Of a stretch of DNA of 64,000 nucleotides, positions 38,101 to 48,825 are shown one piece after another; within the stretch, counting starts at the first letter, position 1; the number at the start of each line of letters is the position of its first letter. The translations under genes and the position numbers were made by a program. Source of the stretch: Negaprion brevirostris (lineage: Eukaryota). The notes beneath the pieces are model-generated. The model saw nothing but the letters and a program-made list of their open reading frames with translations. It had not been told where the DNA came from and did not search any database. The stretch spans positions 99,197,002 to 99,261,001 of the forward strand of contig JARDVH010000163.1 in assembly GCA_030324005.1 (NCBI GenBank), in the 5' to 3' direction.

Positions 38101-40214
38101 TGGCCTGGTTTTGGGTAGTCAAACAGCAGGTAGGTCATGGGGGCGGGGGGGGGGGGGGGGTGCAGTGGNNNNNNNNNNNNNNNNNNNNNNNNNNNNNNNN
38201 NNNNNNNNNNNNNNNNNNNNNNNNNNNNNNNNNNNNNNNNNNNNNNNNNNNNNNNNNNNNNNNNNNNNGCAACTGACAAAATTCTCTCTGGCCACAGTTC
38301 CCCTTTTGTAACTCTCATTTGGTGTGCAATCCCATGCAGTCAGGAGAAAACCGTGTTGGGTTTCTTGGTGTTCGAAGTTGAGATTAAATGTGGGAACCAG
38401 TGGTGGAATGGTAAATGCCAGTCAGTTCACACTTGAAGCTCTTACCTTTCCTAATAATTGTCATTTTAGCTGGCTGCAGAATTGAGTTAAAAATTACAGG
38501 CCTACTATCGCCCGTTGGCACACACTTGCCGGGGAGGGGGTGGGGGGGTACACAGTCTGGGTGAGCAAAGTATTGTGTGCTTAAGTGTAATGCTGTATGT
38601 GCAAGTATCATTGTTTCAGTCTTTTATCATCATCTATTGAACCCTTTGCCCAGTGAGATTTCTGCTGATCTATCATGGGTTGCCACAAATTAAAAAGGCC
38701 TTTTAAGCATGTTTAAGCACAAAATTTTGCTTGATCAGATTCTCTGTCAAAATTATGACCAGATTTGCGTCAGGGAACAGTAATTTTTCTGCGGCTTCTT
38801 ATAATTTTTGAACGTTAGATAAAGAATTATGATCATTGTTGCTTCAATTGGAATTTTTATGGCATCTGTACAAATCACATTAAAAAATAAAAAGCTTCTG
38901 TGATTGTTTTTCTTAAAATGTCATCTCTGATGTCAATGTGTGATGGTGAGATCAGTTGAAACTTCTGAAAGAGGTAGTTTTTGTTGGCTGTCCTGAGTTT
39001 TCCACGGATCCTGTGTTGTTTATGTTGATGTCTACCCATTTTTTCATATGTGCGTAGTTTTCTGGAAATTTGAGTTTGAATTGACATGAGTGGGATGGGT
39101 GCAATTTCTTGTCTAATACTCAGGTTAAACCACCATAGGAAATAATATAATGTAGACTACTGTCACGTGTATTTATTACCTAATATTTCACAAAGGTCTC
39201 AACTGAAATGAATTCTGTATTTTAACATTAATCCTGATTAGCTAATTGAGGTAAAACAAAAAATGCTTTCTCAGTTGGTATTCAAAATTCTTACAGAGCA
39301 CATGTATATTGTACAGTCCAGAATCATTCCTTTCGGGCAGAGCCATGTATGTTTTTTCTTATTTCAGTTTTGATGTGCCAGAAGGGTTTGCTGTGTTCTG
39401 CTCATTTTTAATAAATTGCCAAATTATCTTGCAAGGCAACATACCTCTGAGAATAGCTTTTTGCATATAACATTCCTCCATTTACTAAAAGTTGGACTTA
39501 ATTAATTTTATGCTCGACATATGCATTTTCTAGCATAGATAATGGCTCTTCTTTCCTCTGATGAACTGTTGAATCTGTTATGTCCTCTAATCAGGCCACT
39601 GTTCACAGTTGGTTTAGTTAAGATTCCAAAAGCACATGCAAGGTAGACTTACACTGCTGAATTTCAAGTCTTTACATGGGTCACAAGGGTATGTTAGAGT
39701 TTGACTAATTAATGGTTGCTACATTATAATCAATGAGATGAACCAGGGAACTTACGTTTCTCACTTTGATTTCCTTAGTTAGTTGGTGGTCGGACCATTA
39801 ATGTTTCCTTACAGAGAAAAATCTTCATTGTCATTATTTTACTCAAAAGTATTGAACTATTATGAGGAGGAGGGGTTAATGTTCAATGAAAACATTTTTA
39901 CTCCTACATTAAAATTCATCACTTTTCTTTATGCATTGCAGACCTATGTTGTGGGGAAAATTTTAACTTCCATTTCCCCCCTTAACTGGCAGAAATAGGG
40001 TGGGGCGATTAAAATAGAGAAGACAAGTTACCTACTCTATATTAAGACATTGCACTTCTAAAATGTTTCTTTTTTGAGGTATATGAGGTCCTTGTCTAAG
40101 TAAGACAGAAGTCTTGTAAAATTATGCTAATTGAGGTCCCTTATTACATCAATACTCTGATACTATTCTAACCCATTTCCTAACTGCTGATTGCCCTGGA
40201 AAACCTTAGTGCCC

Positions 40215-40407
40215 ACACTTACCCTGGCCATTCAGAAGTCTGACAGCAGCAGGGAAGAAGCTGTTCTTGAGTCGGTTGGTACGCGACCTGAGACTTTTGT
40301 ATCTTTTTCCCGACGGAAGAAGGTGGAAGAGAGAATGTCCGGGATGCATGGGGTCCTTAATTATGCTGGCTGTTTTGTCGAGGCAGCGGGAAGTGTAGAC
40401 AGAGTCA
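40215..40407 (-). mobile_element. Rex1/Babar LINE 3' end, cut by a gap
   Basis: The reverse strand encodes RCLDKTASIIKDPMHPGHSLFHLLPSGKRYKSLRSRTNRLKNSFFPAAVRLLN, the typical Rex1 ORF C-terminus. Confidence 0.85.
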
Positions 40408-40911
40408 NNNNNNNNNNNNNNNNNNNNNNNNNNNNNNNNNNNNNNNNNNNNNNNNNNNNNNNNNNNNNNNNNNNNNNNNNNNNNNNNNNNNNNNNNNNNN
40501 NNNNNNNTTTATCGACATCAAGGCACACGGCTACATTTGTAGCCCGGAAAGTGAATGCCTGAAGTAGACTATGAGTGAAACTGGTAGCAGAAAATGGACA
40601 GTTGTGAATTGGTGGCCTGGTTTAACTGCCGTTTGTTATTTTTTTTCATAGATTTCAAATTGAGCACCGTGTAAAATGGGGCTTTACTAACTTTCTATTA
40701 TTCACTTTGTGCTAATATCCAAGACATCCCTATGAAGTCCGTCCAAAGCTTCCATATTCCAGTGGATGTTGAAAACTCTGGAGGACTGGATTTTGATCCA
40801 GTTTTTATATATACCTGACATCTTTGAATTTTGATTGATGGCCCAAAACTAAATAGATGAAGGAGTTGCAGATTTAATTCCCAGTTTGTGTGACGTTGCT
40901 GGTCTTAGTCG

Positions 40912-41293
40912 TTTTTTTAATTCATTCGTGGGACAAGGGTGTTGCTGGGTAGGCCAGCATTTGTTGCCCATCCCTGGTTCCCCTTGAACTGAGTGGCTTG
41001 CTAGGCCATTTTAGAGGCCAGTTGAGAGTCAGCTACATTGCTGTGGCTCTGGAGTCACACGTAGGCCAGGCCAGGTAGATTTTTTCTTTAAAGGACATTG
41101 GTGAACCAGATGGGTTTTTCCAACAATTGACAATGGTTTCATGATTATCATTCAATTCTTAATTCCAGATATTTTTATTGAATTCAAATTCAGCCATCTA
41201 CTGTGGCAGAATTTAAACCACAGTACCCAGAACATTAACTGAGTTTCCAGTTTAAGAGTCTAGTGATAATACCACTAGGCCATTGCTTCCCCT
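40912..41293 (-). mobile_element. tRNA-derived SINE family B, full length
   Basis: The reverse complement is collinear with the 3969, 6757 and 11295 copies. The poly(A) shows as ttttttt at 40912. Confidence 0.85.
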
Positions 41294-41439
41294 GAAAAAA
41301 TAGAAAAATTGGCTACTGGGCTAAGGAAACAAGCCAGAGCCTGCCCTTCATTCAGACACTATCCCAAGACACTTAGATAATGGAAATCAGGTGAGGTCAC
41401 ATTGTTTAGATTCAGATTTTGAGATCAGTGTGGTGAAAG

Positions 41440-41868
41440 GAGAGGTTGGAGAAACTTGGTTTGTTCTCATTGGAACGACAGAGGTTGAGGGGGCAACCTG
41501 ATAGAAGTCTACAAGATTATGAGGGGCATGGACGGAGTGGATAGAAGCTTTTTCCAGGGTGAAGAGTCAATTACTAGGGAGCATAGGTTTAAGATGAAAT
41601 GGGCAAGGTTTAAAGGAGATATGCGAGGCAAGTTTTTCTCACACAGAGGGTAATGAGTGCCTGGAACCTGCTGTCGGGGGAGGTAGTGGAAGCAGATGCC
41701 ATAATGAATTTTAAGGGGCGTCTTGACAAAAAAATGAATAGGATGGGACTAGAGGGATATGATCCCCCTGAAAGGTAGGGGGTTTTAGTTCAGTCGGGCA
41801 GCATGGTTGTTGCAGGCTTGGAGGGCCAAAGGGCCTGCTCTTGTGCTGTAATTTTCTTTGTTCTTTCA
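41440..41868 (+). mobile_element. CR1 LINE 3' end, 5'-truncated
   Basis: Encodes ERLEKLGLFSLERQRLRG and has a 3' tail ending ttctttgttcttt. Same subfamily as 42242-42853. Confidence 0.9.
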
Positions 41869-42241
41869 TATCTATCTCAGCCTTAAATATATTTTGATCC
41901 CTCTGGGAATTGAGGGATATGGGAAGCAAGTGGGAAAGTAGAATTGGGGCTGATGATCGTGCTGCATGGCAGAGCAAACGTAAGGGGCCATATTGTACAC
42001 TTGTTCAAGTAGATAATGACTACTTGAACAGTAAGCATCTGTGAAAACCATGCCCCCACCAATACATTTAATGCTATCAAGAGCAAACTCAGAGGAAGAT
42101 AAAGTACACTGCCTCTTCATTCATTTATGACTCTACATAACNNNNNNNNNNNNNNNNNNNNNNNNNNNNNNNNNNNNNNNNNNNNNNNNNNNNNNNNNNN
42201 NNNNNNNNNNNNNNNNNNNNNNNNNNNNNNNNNNNNNNNNN

Positions 42242-42853
42242 GCTGAGGTAATGAATTTAAAACTTGGCAAGTCACGTTGCAGCTTTATAGAACCTTAGTT
42301 AGGCCGCATTTGGAATATCGTGTTCAATTCTGGTCGCAACACTACCAGAAGGATGTGCAGGCTTTGGAGAGGATACAGAAAAGATTTACCAGGATGCTGC
42401 CTTGCCTGGAGGGCATTAGCTATGATGAGAGGTTGGAGAAACTTGGTTTGTTCTCATTGGAACGACAGAGGTTGAGGGGTGACCTTATAGAAGTCTGCAA
42501 GATTATGAGAGGCATGGACAGAGTGGATAATCAGAAGCCTTTTCCCAAGGTGGAAGATTCCATTACAAAGGGGCATAGGTTTAAGGTGTGAGTGGCAAGG
42601 TTTAAAAAAGATGTGTGAGGCAAGTTTTTTTTACACAGGATGGTGGGTGTCTGGAACTCGCTGCCAGGGGAAATAGTGGAAGCAGATACGATAGTGACTT
42701 TGAAGGGATGTCTTGACAAATACATGAGTAGGCTGGGAATGGAGGGATATGGTCTCCGGAAGGGTAGGGGGTTTTAGTTCACTCAGACAGCATGATCGGT
42801 GCAGGCTTGGAGGGCTGAAGAATTTGTTCCTGTGCTGTAATCTTCTTTGTTCT
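42242..42853 (+). mobile_element. CR1 LINE ORF2 C-terminus and 3' UTR
   Basis: ORF 42277-42591: LYRTLVRPHLEYRVQFWS...LERIQKRFTRMLP...LGLFSLERQRLRGDLIEVCKIM. Confidence 0.93.
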
Positions 42854-43114
42854 ACATTAACCATCAATGGCTATTTGTTAGTATCTATTGTGGAAGCTCA
42901 ACCATTGAATGTATTCAAGACATAAATCAATAGATTTCTGGATACTAATGACATCAAGGAACATAGGCATAGTAAGGAACAATGGTGCAATGGTAGCCAT
43001 GATCTCATTGAATGGTGGAACTGGTTCAACGGCCTCCTATTTGCTATGAAGCAAATTAGTTGGTTGTATGTAGGGTTGGAGGTGGCAGACTGAGTTTGGA
43101 ATCCTAGTGAGGCG

Positions 43115-45845
43115 TAATAACGTAACTAGGAGCAGGAGTAGGGAATTAGGCTGCTTGAGCCTGCTCCGCCATTCAATACGATTACAGCTGATCTCATCTT
43201 GGCTTCATCTCCACCTTCCTGCCCAATTCCCATAATCCTTCATCTCTCTACCAATTAAAAACCTTTCTCCTCCTCAAATTTATTTAGTGTTCTCGCGTCC
43301 ACTGCATTCTGGTCTGGAGAGTTCCACAGATTCATGATACTAAATAGTTCCTTCTCATTTCTCTTTTAAACCTGCAACCCCTTAGCCTAAAACTATGGCC
43401 TCTTATTCTAGAATGTCCAGCGAGGGGAAACACCTGCTCTATGTCCACCCTGTCAACCTTCTTTATCATCTTATATACCTCAGATAGATCTCTTCTCATT
43501 CTTCTGAACTTCAGCAACTTAAGCCAAAACTGGATAATTTCCCTTGTAAAACAAGTCCTTCAGCCCTGGAATCAATCTAGTGAACCCTTGCTGAACTGCC
43601 TCTAGTGCATTTATGTCCTTGCTCAAATAAGAGGCTCAAAACTGTGTGCAGTATTCCACATGTAGTCACCAGTGCCCTATAGGTTACCACGTCTCTACCT
43701 ACTCATAGTCCATTCCGTTAGCAATGAGTGCCAAAATTCCATTTGCCTTCTTTATTACCTGCTGTACCTGCATACTAGTTTTCTGTGATTCATGCACAAG
43801 GATACCCAGATCCCTCTTCANNNNNNNNNNNNNNNNNNNNNNNNNNNNNNNNNNNNNNNNNNNNNNNNNNNNNNNNNNNNNNNNNNNNNNNNNNNNNNNN
43901 NNNNNNNNNNNNNNNNNNNNCTCTTCACTAATGCATTTTGAAGTTTTCCTCCATTTAGACAATAAACTGCCTTTTTATTCCTCAGACCAAAATGGAAGCC
44001 ACACACTTATCCACATTAAATTCCATTTGCCAAATTTTGCCCCACTCACCTAACCTGTCCATATCCATATGTAAATTCCTTATTTCCTCATTGCAACTTG
44101 TTTTCCCACCAATTTTAGTGTCATCTGTAAATTTGGCTATTGTACGTTCTATTCTTGCATCCAAGTCATTAATGTAGATTGTAAATAGTTGGGGCCTGAG
44201 GACCAAACCTCATGGCACACCACTAGTTACAGGTTGCCAAGCAGAGAAAGACTTACTGTTTGCTTTCTATTGGTTAGCCAGTCTTCTGTCCAAGCTAATA
44301 TGTTACTCCGTAACCCCGTGGGATTTTATCTTGCGTAACTGTTTGTATGATACCTTATCAAATGCCTTCTGGAAGTAGCAATACACTAAGTCTGCAGGAC
44401 CCCCTATAATCCACTTAGCTAGTTACATCTTCGAAGAGCTCTAGCAAATTAGTTGAACATGATTTCCTCTTCATAAAACCATGCTGACCCTGATGGATTG
44501 TGTTTTGACTGTCCAAATATCTTTACTACTTTCTTAATAATAAATTCCACAATTTCTCAACGACAGATGTTAAATTAGCTGGTCTTTTGTTTCCTACTTT
44601 CTGTCTGTAATAAATCCAGGGAAGCGAAGGTTCTGTCACCAAATGTTCCTTTATTTACAAGACATACTACATAACAGAGTGTTCTCTGCTTCAGCAGGTA
44701 GAGAGACTGACATGCCTGCTTAAAATAGGGAATATGAGGCTTCCTGATTGGGCCATCAATTAGGACTTAATCAGGGAGTTCATACTCTAGCAGGCCAACC
44801 TCATTTGCCTGACTGAAGTCATCACACTGTCTTTCACCCTGATTAAAACAGGGACATCACATTAATCTTTTTCTAATCCACTGGAACATTTCTAGAATCC
44901 ANNNNNNNNNNGAGAAATTTGGAATATTATAACCAATGTTTTCACTATCTCTGCTGCCACTTCTTTTAGGATAGGAGCCATCAGGTTCTGGGGACTTGTC
45001 CGCCTTTAATCCCAATACTTTGCCTAGTATCTTTTCCCTACTGATGGCAATTGTTTTAAAGTTCCTCCTTTTCAACAATCTCTGCATTACCTGTTACTTT
45101 TGGAACGGTTATAGTGTCTTCCACCATGAAAACCGAGGGAAAATATTGATTTAGCATCTCTGTCATTCCTGTGTTTCCCGTTATTAACTCCCTATTCTCA
45201 TTCTCTAAGGGACCAGCTAATGTAGCTAATGTCTTCCTTTCTCGCTAAGAGTTTTTGTATTTTGCAGTAGATTTCTTTCATAATTTACCTTTGTTCTTTT
45301 TATTACTTTTTTAGTCATCCTTTGTTCATCTTTAAAAGTTTCCCAATCCTCCAGCCTGCTACTAATTCTTGCAATATGCTATGCCTTCAGTTTTGCCTGT
45401 ATGTTAACTTTAACCTCTTTGCTTAGCTATGGAAACATTTCCCCATCTTACAATCTTTCTTCTTCTGGAATATATTTTAGTTGGAATGAGTTGAATATCT
45501 CCTTAAATGTCTGCTACAGTTCATCAACTGTCACTATCATCTAGTCTTTCTGCATAGCTGACTTGAGAATTCTGTCCTCATACCTATGTAATTACCTTGG
45601 TCTAACACCAGAACTATAGCGTGGGACTCGAGTTTATTGCCCTCAAACTGTATTTGAGTTGCAAGCATGCAGTGTCATTCTTCCCCAGAAGTCCCTTTGC
45701 TACAAGATGATTAGTTAATCCCAAGTCGTTACACAATACTAAATCCAAGTAGTCTGCACCCTGGTTGGTTCGACAACATATTGTTTCAAGAAACAATCTC
45801 TAAAAAACTCTTATTAACTGTCACTCAAGACTACCCTTGCAATTT
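43115..45845 (-). mobile_element. Long CR1 LINE remnant (EN end, RT, 3' UTR), interrupted by a solo LTR and gaps
   Basis: Minus-strand peptides LDLVLCND, GLKADKSPEPDG, VLRPQLFTIYINDLD...KFTDDTKIGG, KRDLGILV...KKANGIL and RRMRRDLSEVYKMI. CR1 tail at about 43115-43200. Confidence 0.92.
44606..44826 (-). mobile_element. 221-bp solo LTR with 5-bp TSD, inserted in the CR1
   Basis: Begins TGTAAT and ends ATCACA (TG...CA), flanked by CTGTC at 44601-44605 and 44827-44831. The minus strand has CCAAT, TATTTTAA and AATAAA in promoter-to-polyA order. Confidence 0.85.
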
Positions 45846-47009
45846 CCTTTCTTAAGGATGTGAGAAAGGAGTAAGGGATGAAAATTAATCTTGCTTTGTG
45901 AATTTGTAAAGATGTGTGAAGAATAGCATAGCCACCCCCCAATCCCTCTTACTATCGGACCTGTCTGGTTTGGATTTTGGATTGGTGCAAATGGGCAACA
46001 TGTAATAGGATCCGTATTGAATTGTGCTTATTACGTAGAATTGATGAGTATTACCACTGCTTCTGCACTGATGAGCTATGAAATGATGTTATTTCTGATT
46101 CAGTGAGATGCATCATGAAGACCACAAACTGCAGACATGATTGTCAGGTATAATTATTTTGTGATCGAAAATGATCCAGTGTGTATCAAATAACTGAAAA
46201 ATTATTTTTGGAAATTGTATAGGAACTAGATGTTAAAGTATATTTATAAAAATAATTGAACTAATTTGCAGGCATCTGCTATGTACCGTTAATATAGTAC
46301 AGATATGTGGTACTGTTGTCTTTTACGAAGATTGTCCCTAGGATCTGTACAGATTTTTTAGTATTGGCAAATAGAGATTAATAGCTTTATCAGGACAGGA
46401 ATGTAGCTAAAGTTTATTTTAAATCACCAGTATTGTTTCTCTAATTATCAACCTGTCAGTTTCATTAATTCAGAATCAATCAAGTGCTGACTCTGGCTTA
46501 CTCAGGCTGAACACCGAAATTGTCATTAAATCTCAACCATATGATCCAAGGCATTAGTGTTCAATAACACTTATTTCTCTAAAGTTACTTAGGTAGTTCT
46601 GATTCTTTCAATATTTCATTTTTGTTGGCCAATGTCAGTGTTTACCGTTCCATTCTCTCACCTCTACCTATCTCCTTTCTTCTTGTGTATGTTTGCTCTT
46701 GACTTCTCTCTCTTTATTGGCTCATTTGAGTCGATAAAGAATTTAAAATATGCTGCATAACTGGTCAGTTCTGTCCAATCTATTTTTAATTTCCTGTCAC
46801 TTGTTCTTCCCATGTGCCATTCTCCTGTTGCAAAAATATGCAGATGATGTAACTCTGGTTGCTAAGAATTACATAGACCATAACTTTGCAGAAACAAGAC
46901 TAAAAGTTCCATGCTGGTATTTATTCTTAAGTCAAGCGATCTCCCTTTCTTTATATAACTCTATCATCTAATCCTTTATTTCACACTCTGTTTTATCTTT
47001 ATCCTTGAT

Positions 47010-47480
47010 GGGATGCATGGTGACACAGTGTTAGCACTGCAGCCTCACAATGCCAGGGATGCAGGTTCAATTTCTGGCTCGGGTCATTCTGTGCAGTCTG
47101 CATGTTATCCCTGTGTCTGTGTGGGCTTCCTGCAGATGCTCTGGTTTCATCCCACAGTCCGAAAGACATGCTGGTTTGGTACGTTGGCCATGCTAAATTC
47201 TCTCTGTGTACCCAAACAGGTGGCGATTAGGGGATTTTCACAGTAGCTTCATTGCAGTGTTNNNNNNNNNNNNNNNNNNNNNNNNNNNNNNNNNNNNNNN
47301 NNNNNNNNNNNNNNNNNNNNNNNNNNNNNNNNNNNNNNNNNNNNNNNNNNNNNNNNNNNNNGTTTCCAAACAAGTACCAGAGTGTGGCGATTAGGGGATT
47401 TTCACAGTAGCTTCATTGCAGTGTTAATGTAAGCCTACATCTGACACTAATAAATAAAACTTAAAACGTAAAACTTAAAC
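47010..47480 (+). mobile_element. V-SINE with HE1-like head and body but a different tail; spans a gap
   Basis: HE1-like head and V-domain, then tail gtggcgattaggggattttcacagtagcttcattgcagtgttaatgtaagcctac...aataaataaaac. The same tail occurs at 63011-63070. Confidence 0.75.
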
Positions 47481-47524
47481 TCACCTTGTTTCCCCTTTGG
47501 AACAATTATCCTGTTTTCCTCAAA

Positions 47525-47815
47525 TACTCCCAGTGGTAGCAAGTCCCACATTCCTATCATTCTCTGGATAAAGATGTTTCTTCTGATTCCATTTTTCATT
47601 TTCTTCATCACTATTTGATCTTGATTGCCTTAAATTTTGCTTTTCCTCACTCTGTGTCTACCTTATCACAAACTTGAATCATTTTGAAGACCTCTATATG
47701 GTCACTTCTCAGCCTAAGACTCACAGTGGTCATCTTTGTAAAAGATTTTGTTTTGCACACACTTCATTGCCTCTACCATTTTTGCTTTATGCTGATCAGA
47801 ACTGTGTCCAGATAG
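47525..47815 (-). mobile_element. Old CR1 3' fragment
   Basis: Reversed CR1 motifs (ctaccttatc...cattttgaagacctctat...tcacttctcagcc; gatcagaactgtgtcca). Confidence 0.5.
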
Positions 47816-48117
47816 TACGTGCCAAGAAGAAAACCAATATGCACTTTTGAGATCAGAAGTTGTCAATTTGTATCTGAACTAATGTTCTGCTGTGCAGTAA
47901 AGCTAAGCTGTATCGCATCCACGTCGATAAAGCTGAGATAAAATATGACTGGATTGAACATGGCGTTTTTCAGTAATCATGCCTGAATTTTAAAACTGAA
48001 GATCATTCTGCAAAAATTTAAAACTCTGGAATAATATTTCCAGAAAGAATGGTGGGTCTATATATCCTCAAAAGTTGTTAACCCTGACTCTTATCATGCT
48101 TAGTCTCTGAAATATGA

Positions 48118-48265
48118 TGAGGAGATGCTGGTGGTGGATTGGGGTAGGCACAGTAAGAAGTCACAGCGTAAGAAGTTCATACAACAGTCTCATCAGGTGA
48201 AGGGGCAGCGCTCCAAAAGCTCGTGTTACTAAATAAACCTGTTGGACTTTAACCTAGTTCTTACT
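48118..48265. mobile_element. Penelope-like type-A fragment (inverted plus direct parts) with 15-bp TSD
   Basis: Reversed terminus ggagatgctgg...cacagtaagaagtc, then forward gaaggggcagcgctccaaaagctcgtg...aaataaacctgttggactttaacc. Flanked by GTCTCTGAAATATGA at 48103-48117 and 48266-48280. Confidence 0.8.
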
Positions 48266-48825
48266 GTCTCTGAAATATGAACAGTCAGAATCTATTTAAT
48301 GAAACTATCTTGTATAAAGTCATTAATAGCATTTTCAAGTGTTCAAGTCACATTGGAAAATAGTTTGGGAAGCAGTGGTCCATAGACTCCCTGAAGCACA
48401 AATATATTTTGTAGTTGCATGTTCGGTTCTAGGTACTGTAGCATTTTACATCCAAATAAAAAAACTGGTACACTTGTACTCGACACTTAGTATCAGAGAA
48501 CAGCATAATCTGTGGACTATATGCCACCAATTTTAGAAGCCTCATTCTGTAACTGGGAGAATTCAAGCATTTCTTATATTTTTAAATGTACTTTAACTTT
48601 GTGACTCTCAAAAGTACTTTCTGGTTTTGTGTGGCCATACAGTTGAAGGGCATGTGGTAAGAGAGCTTTGACTCGGTTGTGAAATGGTTTTTGTGGCACG
48701 GTGATAATATCTACAGTGACACAGTTGTGATGTTGCACACTGTTGTGCACAATGCTGTGGTAATGTGATGTGTTTGTGATGGTGACACTGCGTTCATACA
48801 CAACAATGTTGCACACTGTGACACA

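Noticed and set aside
38446-38473. Minus-strand 28-nt micro-exon (ttctgcag...AAG|gtaaga)
   Set aside because: The splice signals are good, but the length is not a multiple of 3, it is on the opposite strand to the other candidates, and such matches are expected by chance in 64 kb.
29200-40200. About 11 kb without full-length young SINEs, as a sign of constraint
   Set aside because: Old TE fragments are present, and a gap of this size is plausible by chance at the observed SINE density.
41440-42853. Tandem duplication or LTR pair
   Set aside because: These are two CR1 3' ends of one subfamily with different 5' truncations and many substitutions, i.e. independent insertions.
47220-47425. Identical ~42-bp repeat on both sides of an N gap
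   Set aside because: Most likely a contig-overlap artefact within a SINE tail.
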